DNA of 64,000 nucleotides from Candidatus Marinacidobacterales bacterium (GTDB taxonomy: Bacteria > Acidobacteriota > Vicinamibacteria > Marinacidobacterales > DATDRI01). The notes beneath the pieces are model-generated. The model ran no database searches. It was not told the DNA's origin and was given only the letters and a program-made list of their open reading frames with translations. Location: contig CBDCNP010000002.1 in assembly GCA_965219415.1 (NCBI GenBank), positions 3,328,001 through 3,392,000 on the forward strand, given 5' to 3'. The position numbers and the translations under genes were made by a program. Below are positions 63,009 through 64,000 of this stretch, piece by piece (position 1 is the first letter of the stretch; every line of letters starts with the position of its first letter).

Positions 63009-63287
63009 CTAGGAGAATCCTAGCAGGGAGGTGGGGAGCGCACAAAAAAGAAATCCGGCGGACCCCCGCGCGCCGTAGGAGGGTCTCTTCTTGGTGACGG
63101 TGACGGTAAGGTGGACCGCTTCGACGGACATTTCAAAGCGATAGCCGGAAGGGAGCTCTTGGCCGTCGCTAGCCCTGGTATCCTCGCTCTGAGCAAAGGC
63201 GCTGGGGACGGTGACCGTCCCAATGAGCCAGAGCGAGAGCCACAGTGAGCGATGCATCAGCCACCAATAAAGCAAAAGCTTTGCCAT
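63009..63287 (-). pseudogene. N-terminal remnant of an exported protein (Acidobacterial VWA-like)
   Basis: Signal peptide ending AFAQ, then FEMSVEAVHLTVTVT, after which coding character is lost. Confidence 0.5.
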
Positions 63288-63431
63288 CCGTCCCCCTCCC
63301 GTCATTCGTCATAACAGGCCCATATCGGCCCGGCACGAGCCCATCGGGGTGCGAAACCCCCATTCCACCCAGCGAAAGATTTACTCGCCGAATGTAAGTC
63401 TTACTCGAAAAACGGATGGTCGTCGACGAAC

Positions 63432-63737
63432 TTAGCGGTCCGAGAAATGGAACCGCTCCATGTCCTTGGGCTGGTAGCCGGCGCCTGGATGATCCGGCGC
63501 CTTCGTGCTCAGCAGCCAAATGAAGTGGGCAAGTACGACGCCAAGCACGATGGTGAGAAGGAAGACGAGAGTCCCCATTCGGCTAGCTCGAAACGTAGAA
63601 TGAAGTCGCCGGCCGCCGCATAGGGGGCAGCGATACGGCCGCACGAAAGGAAACGGAGCCAGCAGAACGCGCTCCGCGAAACCACGTCGGCGCGACCTCG
63701 CCACAGGTACGCGACAATCCGAACAGCTAGCCGGCAT
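63432..63737 (-). CDS. Small Zn-ribbon membrane protein
   Basis: CSDC...RSRRRG...RPYRCPLC followed by one TM helix. Confidence 0.7.
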   Translation of the reverse strand: MPASCSDCRVPVARSRRRGFAERVLLAPFPFVRPYRCPLCGGRRLHSTFRASRMGTLVFLLTIVLGVVLAHFIWLLSTKAPDHPGAGYQPKDMERFHFSDR

Positions 63738-64000
63738 AAGTGTCCTCGCTTGGATCGTAGCGCCCCTCCAACCCCGCAACCAGATACCGCCAACGCGAGT
63801 AGAAGCAAAACTGTAACTGGTTATCGTAAACCGCGGCGTCCTCGCTGCTCCGTTCACCCGCGAGGGCCGAGCTAATCTCCGCCTCCTGCTCGGCACGGGA
63901 AAGCACGACCGGTTCCCCATCGAACCCGCGATCGATCACGACATGGGGTGCCCTTTCTTTGATCTTGTCCAGCAGTCGCCGGCAATTTAGCGGCGTCGAC
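63727..64000 (-). CDS. Hypothetical protein, C-terminal part (truncated by window edge)
   Basis: Open frame from the window edge ...LLDKIKERAP...FCFYSRWRY...; overlaps the next gene start. Confidence 0.5.
   Translation of the reverse strand, partial: STPLNCRRLLDKIKERAPHVVIDRGFDGEPVVLSRAEQEAEISSALAGERSSEDAAVYDNQLQFCFYSRWRYLVAGLEGRYDPSEDTYAG

Overview
GC-rich bacterial chromosomal window, most likely Acidobacteriota (inferred from an ADOP/MacB permease remnant, kinase-PD40, TamB-BamA fusion, DUF4388 and VWA genes). An intact block at about 13.8-32.6 kb holds tetR-trxA-panE-phzF, moaA, a bufferin-like RiPP cluster (MNIO/DUF692, DUF2063, six-Cys secreted precursor, YceI), dusB, an S4/RqcP-like gene, two SurA-like PPIases, mfd, rfaE2, wzm/wzt and an M20 hydrolase. 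The flanks are heavily eroded, with six IS copies (IS6, IS5/ISNCY-like, two ISL3, two IS256, one nested), nonsense codons, frameshifts and deletion-fused genes. Best candidates for new biology are: (1) the DoxX-less, YceI-linked bufferin-like cluster next to moaA; (2) a decaying sigma54-driven module of CDP-alcohol phosphotransferase, GtrA, LolA-like and exported START-like genes beside a TamB-BamA fusion; (3) a large exported lipase-fold/FG-GAP protein with an unfamiliar 3x ~100-aa repeat; (4) a diverged ~115-nt structured repeat present twice. No rRNA, tRNA or CRISPR was seen. All family calls are motif recognition by eye, not database searches.
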